Of a stretch of 64,000 bases of DNA, positions 18,869 to 27,425 are shown piece after piece. Location of the stretch: IMG/VR virus record IMGVR_UViG_3300021364_000005; one strand, given 5' to 3'. A model generated the notes under the pieces. It made no database searches. It worked only from the letters and a program-made list of their open reading frames with translations, and had not been told where the DNA came from. Within the stretch, counting starts at the first letter, position 1; every line of letters begins with the position of its first letter. The stretch comes from a virus (Duplodnaviria > Caudoviricetes). A program made the translations under genes and the position numbers.

Positions 18869-20228
18869 TTTTAGTTTAGATACCTTCTGTCCAGAAGTAT
18901 ATAGTCAAATAGAGATAGATGCAGAAGGTGACTACAAAATATGTTGCCTAGCAAATTTTGATAAAGACTTTGGTATGTGTTTAGATGAAAATGGAGAAGT
19001 AATGAATGTTGCTACCCATTCTATTGAAGAAGCTATCAACAGTGAAACGCATAAGCAGCATAGATTACAACTAGCAAAAAATGAAAGACCGTTGAGGTGC
19101 AGAAGCTGCTATGATAGCGAGGATGCAACAAAAGGGTTGGCAGAATGGGGTAAAAGTGCTAAGAGGGGTAGAAGTAAGCGTCAACGTGTATTATGGCAAA
19201 CTGGTGCAAGTATACCTGAATATGTAAAGTTTGAACAAGCTGAACAAATGACAAATGCTGACGGAAGCACTTCTGCTAAAGTTGTTAATTTAGATCTACG
19301 TTTTGGTAATCTTTGTAACCAAAAATGTATCATGTGTAGTCCCCAGCACAGTAATTTATGGTACGATGATTGGGTTACGCTAGGCTATGGTGATCCTTTA
19401 TATAATAGAGATAAAGGTATCTATAAAAAAGGCGATGCAAAAACATTTAAATTTTACAAAGATGAACACGGAAAAACAAAAATGACAGGCACTGAGCGTT
19501 GGTGGGAAACTGATACTTGGTGGGAATCATTTGATAAGATTGCTCCCGACCTGCGATACATTTATTTTACTGGAGGCGAACCTTTGGTTGTTCCTGCGAT
19601 GCAAGAATGCTTAGATAGATTAATAAATGCGGGATATGCTGAAAACATACAGTTAAGATATGATACTAATTTAAGTGTAATAAACAAAAAAGTTATAGAT
19701 AAATGGAAGCATTTTAAAAAAGTTTGGTTGTGTGTTAGCATAGATGATACTGAAGAAAGATACAACCTTATAAGATTTCCTGGTAATTACGATAGAATAA
19801 AGGCAAATACTTTACAGTTAAAAGAAGCAGGAATACCTATTCATTACATAAGCACTTGTGTAGGTATTGCAAGTCCGTATAGTGTTATACGTATTAGTCA
19901 ACTTGCAAAAGAACTAGAAGTAGATACATATTTTAGATTTCTAGAAGGTCCTAACTGGTTAGATATTAGGAATTATCCTGCTAGTGCAAAACAAGAAATA
20001 ATAGAAAATTTACAAAAGCATAGCGGCGATCCACTTTATGACAAGTGGGCAAAAGGTGAAATAAAACTTTTACAAAAGTATATGGATCATAGTGAAGAAA
20101 AGTACCTAAAAGAATTCATTAGAGTAATGGATATACTCGATGAGAATCGGGGAACTAATTGGAGGTCTGTGTTAACAGATGTAGTAGATTTGTTTAAAAA
20201 TCATTGTCCTCATATATACAAAGATTAA
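18858..20228 (+). CDS. Radical SAM enzyme with N-terminal twitch-like motif
   Basis: FCPEV..ICC, CRSCY, CNQKCIMC, TGGEPL, SIDD. Confidence 0.9.
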   Translation: MKRNFSLDTFCPEVYSQIEIDAEGDYKICCLANFDKDFGMCLDENGEVMNVATHSIEEAINSETHKQHRLQLAKNERPLRCRSCYDSEDATKGLAEWGKSAKRGRSKRQRVLWQTGASIPEYVKFEQAEQMTNADGSTSAKVVNLDLRFGNLCNQKCIMCSPQHSNLWYDDWVTLGYGDPLYNRDKGIYKKGDAKTFKFYKDEHGKTKMTGTERWWETDTWWESFDKIAPDLRYIYFTGGEPLVVPAMQECLDRLINAGYAENIQLRYDTNLSVINKKVIDKWKHFKKVWLCVSIDDTEERYNLIRFPGNYDRIKANTLQLKEAGIPIHYISTCVGIASPYSVIRISQLAKELEVDTYFRFLEGPNWLDIRNYPASAKQEIIENLQKHSGDPLYDKWAKGEIKLLQKYMDHSEEKYLKEFIRVMDILDENRGTNWRSVLTDVVDLFKNHCPHIYKD

Positions 20229-20533
20229 AGATTTTCTTCCATAGTCCTTGAAATACAAACAATTTCACAAGCTGTGTTGTATTCTAATTCTCTAGCCTGT
20301 TCGGCCATCCATTCTGCATCATTTGTTACATCATTCAAGTCTACACTATCAACCCATTCGCTCACATATTGTATAACTAATTTAGAGTCATCTAAAAAAG
20401 ATGCTTCTCTAAACTTAGTGCATAGTCCTGTGTCAATAGCAATTTCTTGAATGTGATCTAAAAAAGACTGTTGTGGTGCATAAAATTCTACCTCTGTGTG
20501 AGGACGAATAAACTGTCTTGTAAATCTTTTCAT
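20225..20533 (-). CDS. Small acidic hypothetical protein
   Basis: ATG at 20533 with GGAG SD; fills the gap between a convergent and a divergent neighbour. Confidence 0.7.
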   Translation of the reverse strand: MKRFTRQFIRPHTEVEFYAPQQSFLDHIQEIAIDTGLCTKFREASFLDDSKLVIQYVSEWVDSVDLNDVTNDAEWMAEQARELEYNTACEIVCISRTMEENL

Positions 20534-20559
20534 TTTTAATCTATCTCCGTTTTGTTCCA

Positions 20560-20566
20560 ATAAATA
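20560..20566 (+). promoter_or_regulatory. T4-late-like promoter, leaderless
   Basis: ATAAATA-ctat-ATG. Confidence 0.65.
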
Positions 20567-20570
20567 CTAT

Positions 20571-21773
20571 ATGTTAAAACACAAAGCACTTGGTTACTAT
20601 GTTGTTAATGGCAAAACTTTTTCTAGTAAGATTGCTGCTTGTATTTATGCAACGCAAAATCATGCAAGTATAAGATGGCATTTTAACAATGAAATATTTG
20701 ATTATTATCCCTGGCACATAGAACCTGAAGAAAGTTTAGATGAACTTTATTATCGTAGAGCTAGGCAACTGCGTGAGCAGTACGATTATATCTGTTTAGC
20801 ATTTAGCGGAGGTGGTGATAGTAACAACATACTAGAAGCATTTTTGCGTCAAGGATTATTCATTGATGAAGTTGTAACAAACATCATGGATGATAAAAAT
20901 AAACTTACTACCAATAATAGTTTACAGATTAGTAATTGGAACGAAGGTGCTGAGTATAAACTCCAAACTGTAGATAGACTTAAAGAACTACAAAGTCGAT
21001 CTCCTAATACTAAAATAAGTGTTATTGATCTAAGTAAAGGATTGTTTGAAATATTTAATTCCTACGGAGATGCAGGTTGGATAGAAAAAACTAGAGAACG
21101 AATGAACCCTAGCGGATTTATGCGTCATAATTTTTTACACATGAAAGAAATACGTAAAAGATTTGATAAAGATAAAAAGATTTGTATGTTATTAGGAATC
21201 GAAAAACCTCGCACTTTTGTAAAAGATGGTATGTTTAAAATGGCTTTTAGCGATAAGGCTGTTAATATAGCTACAGTATCAGAGTTTATTGAAGACTACG
21301 ACAATACAGAAGTAGAATATTTTTATTGGCATCCTGATGCTGCTGCAATAATTGCCAAGCAATGTCATGTTATAAAGCGTTGGTTAGAATTCAATCCTAG
21401 ATTTTTAAAGTATTGGTTGCCTAAAGACACAGGCGAAATATGGAGTAACCATAGGAAGTATCACGAAAGGATACTTAGACCTTTGATATATAATTCAACA
21501 TGGCATGAAACTTATTGGCAGGCAAATAAAAGTACTAAAGATTGGTATTCTGAAATTGACGACTGGTTTTGGAAGCAACACAGCGGAACAAAGGAACACG
21601 CTATATGGAGAGCCGGTTTAGATTATGTCAAAGAAAATGCAAAAGATTGGATGATGCCTGGTGACACCGAAGGTTTAAAAGGATTTTTGCATAGTTATGA
21701 TATTGGAAAACTAAAAACTATTAATGCAGGTCAACCCACACACCGTTCGCATATGCTTGGACTTTATTCGTAG
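20571..21773 (+). CDS. PP-loop ATP pyrophosphatase-like protein (paralog of 16698..17882)
   Basis: LAFSGGGDSNN. Confidence 0.78.
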   Translation: MLKHKALGYYVVNGKTFSSKIAACIYATQNHASIRWHFNNEIFDYYPWHIEPEESLDELYYRRARQLREQYDYICLAFSGGGDSNNILEAFLRQGLFIDEVVTNIMDDKNKLTTNNSLQISNWNEGAEYKLQTVDRLKELQSRSPNTKISVIDLSKGLFEIFNSYGDAGWIEKTRERMNPSGFMRHNFLHMKEIRKRFDKDKKICMLLGIEKPRTFVKDGMFKMAFSDKAVNIATVSEFIEDYDNTEVEYFYWHPDAAAIIAKQCHVIKRWLEFNPRFLKYWLPKDTGEIWSNHRKYHERILRPLIYNSTWHETYWQANKSTKDWYSEIDDWFWKQHSGTKEHAIWRAGLDYVKENAKDWMMPGDTEGLKGFLHSYDIGKLKTINAGQPTHRSHMLGLYS

Positions 21774-23310
21774 TAGTATTGTAAATCATCATACCATTTT
21801 CGCCAGTCAGTGCATCTCTTGTAGTAGTATCCATATTTGCTAATTTAGCATAGTTACCGAACGTTGTTCCTTGGTCTGGTTTAAATGTAGCAGCTATTGC
21901 TGTACTACCTGCTGCATCTGTTGTGTGTATTTCTACATTAGTTGGTACTACATTAGTGCTAACTGTTCCATCTACCTTAGCTACAATTTTTGCACTATCT
22001 ATATAGTCAGTGCCGTCATGTCCTCTCCATTGGATTCTATGCAATACGTCAGTGTCTTGTACTGCTGCTGGAGCGGTAGTTGTTCCTCTACTAAATGCAA
22101 GTCCTAGTCTTGGACCAACGCCAGGAAAGTTTGTTGCGCCAATTGAATAGAAAGGCATTCCTGTTGGAGCTGATGTTATACCTGCATGAATACCAAAAGT
22201 TCTAAATGTTCCTGCACTGTCAATACTTGCTCGTGTAATTGGTGCACCTGAACTATTGTTAGTAACAAATTCAAGTAGGCCTGGTAATTGTTCGTCAGCT
22301 ACTGTGCCGTCAGGGTCAACACTTGCTTTGATACTTGCGTTAGAACTTATATCATTACCGTCCCAGCCGCCAAAGATAATTTGTCCTGTTGCGTCACCTG
22401 CTTGTACAGGTGCCGGACTGTCTATAGTGCCTCTATTGAATAGTACACTTATAGTTGCTCCGCCGTTGTCATCATAGAATCTCTCAAAACGTCCAGCTGC
22501 AAAAGCATAGTTGTCTGCTTCACTTTTAACTAGTATTCTGTCTAATGTTGCTGTTCCTTTTACAGCTTCTGCTAGTAAACTACCCGCAACACCGTCTACT
22601 AGTAATGTGCTACCGTCTGAATAAACACTACCTGTTAAGTCGCCATCTACACTACCAGTTACATCTCCAGTTAAGTTACCAGTTACATTACCAGTTACAG
22701 AACCTGTATATTGAGCAGACGCTCCATCGGCACTTGGATTTAAAACTGTTACTAGACCGTCGTTAGATTTAACAGGACCTAGTAGTTCTCCAGTTACTGT
22801 TCCGTTAACATCACCTACTAAGTCACCTTGAAAGTTTGTTGAAACAACATTTGTTGCAACAACATTACCTGTTAAATCACCAGTAACGTTACCTGTTAAG
22901 TCACCTATAAAATCGTTTGCTGTCATGGTTGACGCTGCCATTTCTAAATTGCCAGTATCTACCATTGTTGAGCTGTCGCTGCCTAAAATGTTTATTTCGT
23001 AAGAATTGCCTGCAACAACACCATCTCCTGTACCGCCTGATGGTGCCGGAACTGTTACCCATGCACTTTGTGATGCATTATATTGTAAGTACTCACCGTC
23101 GGCTACTGCTCCTGCTTCTACATCGGTAAGGTCTGTTAATACAGTAGCACCGCCACCGCCGCCACCTGTAGTATCAACTGCAACACCGCCTGCTGTTGTT
23201 CCGTCTCCTACAAATAATTTTTTGGTATCAGTTACATAAACTAATTCACCTTCTGCTGGTGTAACTAGTAAACGTTCTGCGTCTGTTCCTCTTCTTAAGC
23301 GTAATGCCAT
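21721..23310 (-). CDS. Tail fibre / fibre-like virion protein
   Basis: MALRLRRGT..TPAEGELVYVTDTKKLFVGDG N-terminal anchor; G-x-(L/V)-x repeats; two FxRGTxxxP.VQxxD repeats. Confidence 0.8.
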   Translation of the reverse strand: MALRLRRGTDAERLLVTPAEGELVYVTDTKKLFVGDGTTAGGVAVDTTGGGGGGATVLTDLTDVEAGAVADGEYLQYNASQSAWVTVPAPSGGTGDGVVAGNSYEINILGSDSSTMVDTGNLEMAASTMTANDFIGDLTGNVTGDLTGNVVATNVVSTNFQGDLVGDVNGTVTGELLGPVKSNDGLVTVLNPSADGASAQYTGSVTGNVTGNLTGDVTGSVDGDLTGSVYSDGSTLLVDGVAGSLLAEAVKGTATLDRILVKSEADNYAFAAGRFERFYDDNGGATISVLFNRGTIDSPAPVQAGDATGQIIFGGWDGNDISSNASIKASVDPDGTVADEQLPGLLEFVTNNSSGAPITRASIDSAGTFRTFGIHAGITSAPTGMPFYSIGATNFPGVGPRLGLAFSRGTTTAPAAVQDTDVLHRIQWRGHDGTDYIDSAKIVAKVDGTVSTNVVPTNVEIHTTDAAGSTAIAATFKPDQGTTFGNYAKLANMDTTTRDALTGENGMMIYNTTTNKVQAYANGVWVDLH

Positions 23311-23341
23311 GCTGACAACTCCTAAAATACATTCTATAATG

Positions 23342-23348
23342 TATTTAT
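23342..23348 (-). promoter_or_regulatory. T4-late-like promoter for the tail fibre
   Basis: ATAAATA, then AGGAG SD. Confidence 0.7.
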
Positions 23349-23352
23349 GCCT

Positions 23353-23697
23353 TTATCTTCTTTTCTTCATGAATAAAGCAGTGCGTTTTTGTATATCTGC
23401 TTTAACCTTTTTAGTATCTAGTCTAAAGTCAACATTGTCGATATTTTCTCCGTATTCATCAAAAAAATCACCAACAATGGTTTCTAAATCAGTTTTACCT
23501 TTGCGAGCTTTAGGACGTAAATCTACTTCCCAAATTTTGCCATCTTTAAAACTGACTCGGATAGCAGCCAAGTACTCAAGGGGTACAACTTTAACGTCAA
23601 TATCCTTGAGTACTTCTGGCCAATGCTGAACAACATCTTGGGGGAGTTTTCCTGTTTTTTTAGGCACTGCTCTTAGTTTTACGCTTTGTAGGAACAA
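23353..23697 (-). CDS. Hypothetical phage protein (start uncertain, possibly GTG 23667)
   Basis: In-strand tiling ORF. Confidence 0.65.
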   Translation of the reverse strand: MFLQSVKLRAVPKKTGKLPQDVVQHWPEVLKDIDVKVVPLEYLAAIRVSFKDGKIWEVDLRPKARKGKTDLETIVGDFFDEYGENIDNVDFRLDTKKVKADIQKRTALFMKKRR

Positions 23698-24277
23698 GTT
23701 CTTCTGCTTGTTCTCTTAGCTTTTTAGCTTCCTTAAATAGGGCGTCTGCTTGCGAACGATACTGTGCGGCAAGATCTTCATCAGTTAATACACCGTCAGT
23801 ACTAGGTTGTGCTTCGCTTACAGGTTGTTCTACTTTTTCTGGCTGTTCAGCTACAGATGGTTCTCCTAAATCTCTTTGTCTAGGGGCTTGCTCACTCATA
23901 GCAAGATCTTCAATTGAAATACCTTTTTGCTCAGCAATCAACCTGTTAAGTTCATCTAAACTTACACTTGTTTGTGTATTAGGTACCATTTCGATTTCAC
24001 TTGTTTTCATTTTAACAAGTTTTTGGCTAGCATGAAAACGTGGCAGCATTCTACTACCATCATTTAAAAGTGCTCTATCCATTGCTTGGCCAAACTCTTG
24101 TGCAGTTTGACCTGCATTACTTTCAAGAAGATTAATCACAGCATCATGATCTTCTGGTGAAAGATTTTCTGTTGGCAGTATTAAACAACTATTCGGATCG
24201 CCTGGAATAGTTCTAAATACTACTGCACATTTTCTCTGGTTGGACTTAATACGTCCAACGTGATTGAGATTAGCCAT
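23660..24277 (-). CDS. Hypothetical phage protein
   Basis: 205 aa ORF with a coupled start. Confidence 0.75.
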   Translation of the reverse strand: MANLNHVGRIKSNQRKCAVVFRTIPGDPNSCLILPTENLSPEDHDAVINLLESNAGQTAQEFGQAMDRALLNDGSRMLPRFHASQKLVKMKTSEIEMVPNTQTSVSLDELNRLIAEQKGISIEDLAMSEQAPRQRDLGEPSVAEQPEKVEQPVSEAQPSTDGVLTDEDLAAQYRSQADALFKEAKKLREQAEELVPTKRKTKSSA

Positions 24278-24554
24278 TCACTGCTGCCTCAACTGCTGCG
24301 TCGGTAGTAGCTTCTGCTTGTGCTTCATTAGCTTGCTGTGATGCCGCAATGGCAGCTAAGAAGTTTTCTAGTTTGGTGTAGGTTTGTCCTACAACGGTCA
24401 TTTCGTTTGGTTTAAATGCACCGCGTTGGCTTGCTACATCAATAATAGTTTTTAATGCACTCAAGTCCTGTACTGTAAGATCTACAGGAGGAGCAGCAGC
24501 TTCTGTTGCTTGCTCGGTCTGAGGTGCTTGAGTTTCAGTTGTTTGTTCAGACAT
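24270..24554 (-). CDS. Hypothetical Ala/Glu-rich protein
   Basis: Late promoter and AAGGAG SD before ATG 24554. Confidence 0.75.
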   Translation of the reverse strand: MSEQTTETQAPQTEQATEAAAPPVDLTVQDLSALKTIIDVASQRGAFKPNEMTVVGQTYTKLENFLAAIAASQQANEAQAEATTDAAVEAAVNG

Positions 24555-24576
24555 TATTTTATCTCCTTTGTGCAAA

Positions 24577-24583
24577 TATTTAT
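24577..24583 (-). promoter_or_regulatory. T4-late-like promoter
   Basis: ATAAATA, then AAGGAG SD. Confidence 0.65.
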
Positions 24584-24593
24584 TGTGTCTAAA

Positions 24594-24872
24594 TTAGTTA
24601 TACTTTAAAAGTGGACAAGCTAACATGAAATAACTAAGTTCTTTTTGATTTTCAAATCCAACTGTAAGTTTTGTTTGCATTGTTCCATCCTTTACTACGG
24701 TTCTTGGAGTAACAAAGTATCTACCTTTTAAGTTTGTATCAATCCATCTTGTGATAGAATCTTGTAAGTTATACCTTTGTTCTAAATCAACAGTGTCAAA
24801 AAACTCCGGCAAGAAATCTACTTTCCTGTTACCGAATATATTTAATGGATTTGGTTCTTTAAGCCGCGTCAT
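24594..24872 (-). CDS. Hypothetical phage protein
   Basis: ATG 24872 overlaps the end of the VWA gene. Confidence 0.65.
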   Translation of the reverse strand: MTRLKEPNPLNIFGNRKVDFLPEFFDTVDLEQRYNLQDSITRWIDTNLKGRYFVTPRTVVKDGTMQTKLTVGFENQKELSYFMLACPLLKYN

Positions 24873-26172
24873 AGTGAACTGTCTGACCAAATGGTCCTTC
24901 TAAGTTTTTATCTCTGTTGCTGTGAATTAAAAATACTGTATCGCAGTAGTCTGGGTCACCCCATGAATCCCAAGCATACCCGTCTGTAAACATAATAAAC
25001 TTTTTAGGTTGTATGTCTTGTTCTTTCATATAGTTCCAGTTGCACATAAAATCAGTGCCGCCACCGCCATAAATTTCATAATCGGTTAACGTTTCTCCGC
25101 CGTCTGCTGTAAATGTTTGTTCGTTGTATACAGCAGTATCAAAACACCATACAGTAATTTTGTAATCTTTGTATTCGTCCATAATGCCTTTAATTTCACT
25201 TAAGAAATCTTTAGCTTGTGCATCACCAATAGACCCGCTCATATCAATACTAACACAAAGATCAATAGTGTCCTCAAAGTTCATACCTGGAAGTATTGCA
25301 CCAGTATGCCATGCTTTGCGTGATGGGCGACTAAATGTATAATCATTGCGTATTGTGCTTTGAATCTGTTGACGCAAAATTTCACGCCAATTCATTTTAG
25401 GCTCAGTAAGCTCTTTAATCATACGCTGTACTTCACCAGGCGTATTGCCAGCACCTGCTGCCTGTGCAGCCTGCATTACACCTTCTTTAATTTCATCTTT
25501 AATTTTGCGAAGTTCTTCTTTAGAATACTTAGGTTTGCCTTTAGAAACAGCGTTGCCGTTGCTGTCAGTAGTTTCTTCACTACCGCCACCTTCGCCTTCG
25601 TCGTCTCCGTCTAGGTCTAGGTGCTCGTCTAACAGTTCACCTAATTGCTTAAGGTATTCTTCACCATTCTTCTTTGCTTCTTCGTAAATGTCATCATACA
25701 CATCTTCTGATGACCAGTTATCATATTTAAAGTCTTGGAAGCAATCTACAAGTTTAGGTTTTTCACCAATACGATCACGTACAAGCAAGTTGTTTACAAT
25801 ATAGTCGGCAGCAATGTTATAGATAAGTGGTATTCTATCACCTCTACGTCCTAAATGATCAAATACGCAATGTAGGATTTCGTGTGCAATAACAAACTCA
25901 ATTTCCTTGTTTGACATTGCATTAAAAAATTGTGTGTTGTAGTAAAGGTTACGCCCATCAACCGCCGCTGTAGGACACCAATCATCACCGCATACAATTC
26001 TAAGACGTGTAGCCATGTTACCAAAGAACGGATGTCGAAGCAACAAACCAACTCGTGCAACGACAATTCTGTCTAAGACTTCTACACGCATTGCTTCTAA
26101 TGCTTCTTGCGAAATATCCGGATCAGGTGTCCAGTGTTTCGTGCCCTCTAAGTTTCTCATTGGATATGCCAT
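24859..26172 (-). CDS. Metallopeptidase-like (HExxH) plus VWA domain protein, MoxR partner
   Basis: IAHEILH; VSIDMSGS MIDAS; GGGGTDF; MFTDG. Confidence 0.88.
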   Translation of the reverse strand: MAYPMRNLEGTKHWTPDPDISQEALEAMRVEVLDRIVVARVGLLLRHPFFGNMATRLRIVCGDDWCPTAAVDGRNLYYNTQFFNAMSNKEIEFVIAHEILHCVFDHLGRRGDRIPLIYNIAADYIVNNLLVRDRIGEKPKLVDCFQDFKYDNWSSEDVYDDIYEEAKKNGEEYLKQLGELLDEHLDLDGDDEGEGGGSEETTDSNGNAVSKGKPKYSKEELRKIKDEIKEGVMQAAQAAGAGNTPGEVQRMIKELTEPKMNWREILRQQIQSTIRNDYTFSRPSRKAWHTGAILPGMNFEDTIDLCVSIDMSGSIGDAQAKDFLSEIKGIMDEYKDYKITVWCFDTAVYNEQTFTADGGETLTDYEIYGGGGTDFMCNWNYMKEQDIQPKKFIMFTDGYAWDSWGDPDYCDTVFLIHSNRDKNLEGPFGQTVHYDAA

Positions 26173-26200
26173 GTTCTAACCCTTTTGCTACTATACTTAT

Positions 26201-26228
26201 ATTATATAGTCTTTCAATTAAAAGTCAA
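26201..26228 (-). promoter_or_regulatory. sigma70-type promoter for the VWA gene
   Basis: TTGACT-16nt-TATAAT. Confidence 0.7.
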
Positions 26229-26230
26229 GA

Positions 26231-26258
26231 GAAAATGGGTAGTTTCCTACCCATTTTC
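26231..26258 (-). terminator. Rho-independent terminator after the MoxR ATPase
   Basis: Perfect 12-bp stem GAAAATGGGTAG/CTACCCATTTTC with a GAAA loop on the minus strand and a U-rich tail. Confidence 0.85.
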
Positions 26259-26262
26259 GATA

Positions 26263-27348
26263 TTAATCAGCTTGTGCGGCAGTAATATACTTGCCAAACC
26301 GATCATGGAACTCATCAAAGCATTCAACTTCATCAGGATCGATTGGAAGTTGATATTGTGTAAGAGCAAGTTTGATACCCATTACAACAAGTTCGGTTTC
26401 AAAATTGTCCATTGCAAAGCGTAAGAAGTTGTTAACTTTATCGTCAAACTTCTTATCATTTGCATCACACGCTTCTTTTAGTTCATAGCAAAGACTCACA
26501 GTTAAGGAATACATGGCACTGATTTCTTTAGTACCGATCGTCTCTACTTTCCCGTCAAGGATGTCAGTTGGATTAGGCATACTGGCAGCAATTTTACGGT
26601 GAGCCATAAATTTAACTGCAAGTCCTTCACCGACTGCACCACTGACAAGATCTGTTGTTGTATTCTCATCATCATCGTCATCTAACAGTTCTGAAACAAA
26701 CGACCAAGAACGAGGCGTTGCAAAAGAACGGCTTGGCGACTTAGGATCAAAGTCATACAAATCTTTTTTACTAAATGTCAAATAACCAACAACATCGTTG
26801 TGAATACGGTTATCAACTGCCCACTGAAACCAATCATCAAAGTTTACAGCAAGCTCTAAGTGTACAAAACGGTTAGCCAACGGAGCAGGCATACGATATG
26901 TTACACCTTTGTCAGCTTCGCGGTTACCAGCCGCAACAATAAGAACATTGTCTGGTAGTTTGTATTGACCAACCTTACGATTAAGAATTAGCTGATATGC
27001 AGCCGCTTGTACAGCAGGCGCAGCCGAATTCATTTCGTCTAAGAATAAAATAATCCATTTATGTTGTTTTGCAGTTTCTTCGTCTGGAAGTTCTGCAGGT
27101 GCAGCCCACACCATTTTATTATCGTTTGCGGCATAATAGGGGATGCCTTTAATGTCTGTAGGTTCCCAAAGAGACAAACGAACATCAATTACAAGTGCTT
27201 CCATATCAACACCAATTTGATGAATAATGTCCGACTTACCAATACCTGGAGGACCCCAAAGAAACAGAGGACGCTTTTTCTTAAAAGCTCGTGTAATTGA
27301 TTTTTTAGCCTGGTTAGGGCTTACAGTACGTAGTGCTACGCTTTCCAT
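26263..27348 (-). CDS. MoxR-like AAA+ ATPase
   Basis: GPPGIGKS Walker A, LFLDEMN Walker B, AAGNR, LANRF. Confidence 0.9.
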   Translation of the reverse strand: MESVALRTVSPNQAKKSITRAFKKKRPLFLWGPPGIGKSDIIHQIGVDMEALVIDVRLSLWEPTDIKGIPYYAANDNKMVWAAPAELPDEETAKQHKWIILFLDEMNSAAPAVQAAAYQLILNRKVGQYKLPDNVLIVAAGNREADKGVTYRMPAPLANRFVHLELAVNFDDWFQWAVDNRIHNDVVGYLTFSKKDLYDFDPKSPSRSFATPRSWSFVSELLDDDDDENTTTDLVSGAVGEGLAVKFMAHRKIAASMPNPTDILDGKVETIGTKEISAMYSLTVSLCYELKEACDANDKKFDDKVNNFLRFAMDNFETELVVMGIKLALTQYQLPIDPDEVECFDEFHDRFGKYITAAQAD

Positions 27349-27396
27349 TTTGTATTCCTTTTACTAGTGCCATTTGTTATTACTAACTATACATAT

Positions 27397-27425
27397 AATA
27401 TAGCACCGCTTTAGTAAAAGGTCAA
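27397..27425 (-). promoter_or_regulatory. sigma70-type promoter for MoxR
   Basis: TTGACC-17nt-TATATT. Confidence 0.7.

Noticed and set aside
14342-21773. PP-loop genes as queC
   Set aside because: They share only SGGxDS, lack the QueC Zn-binding Cys cluster, are 70-170 aa longer than typical QueC and lie far from folE/queE.
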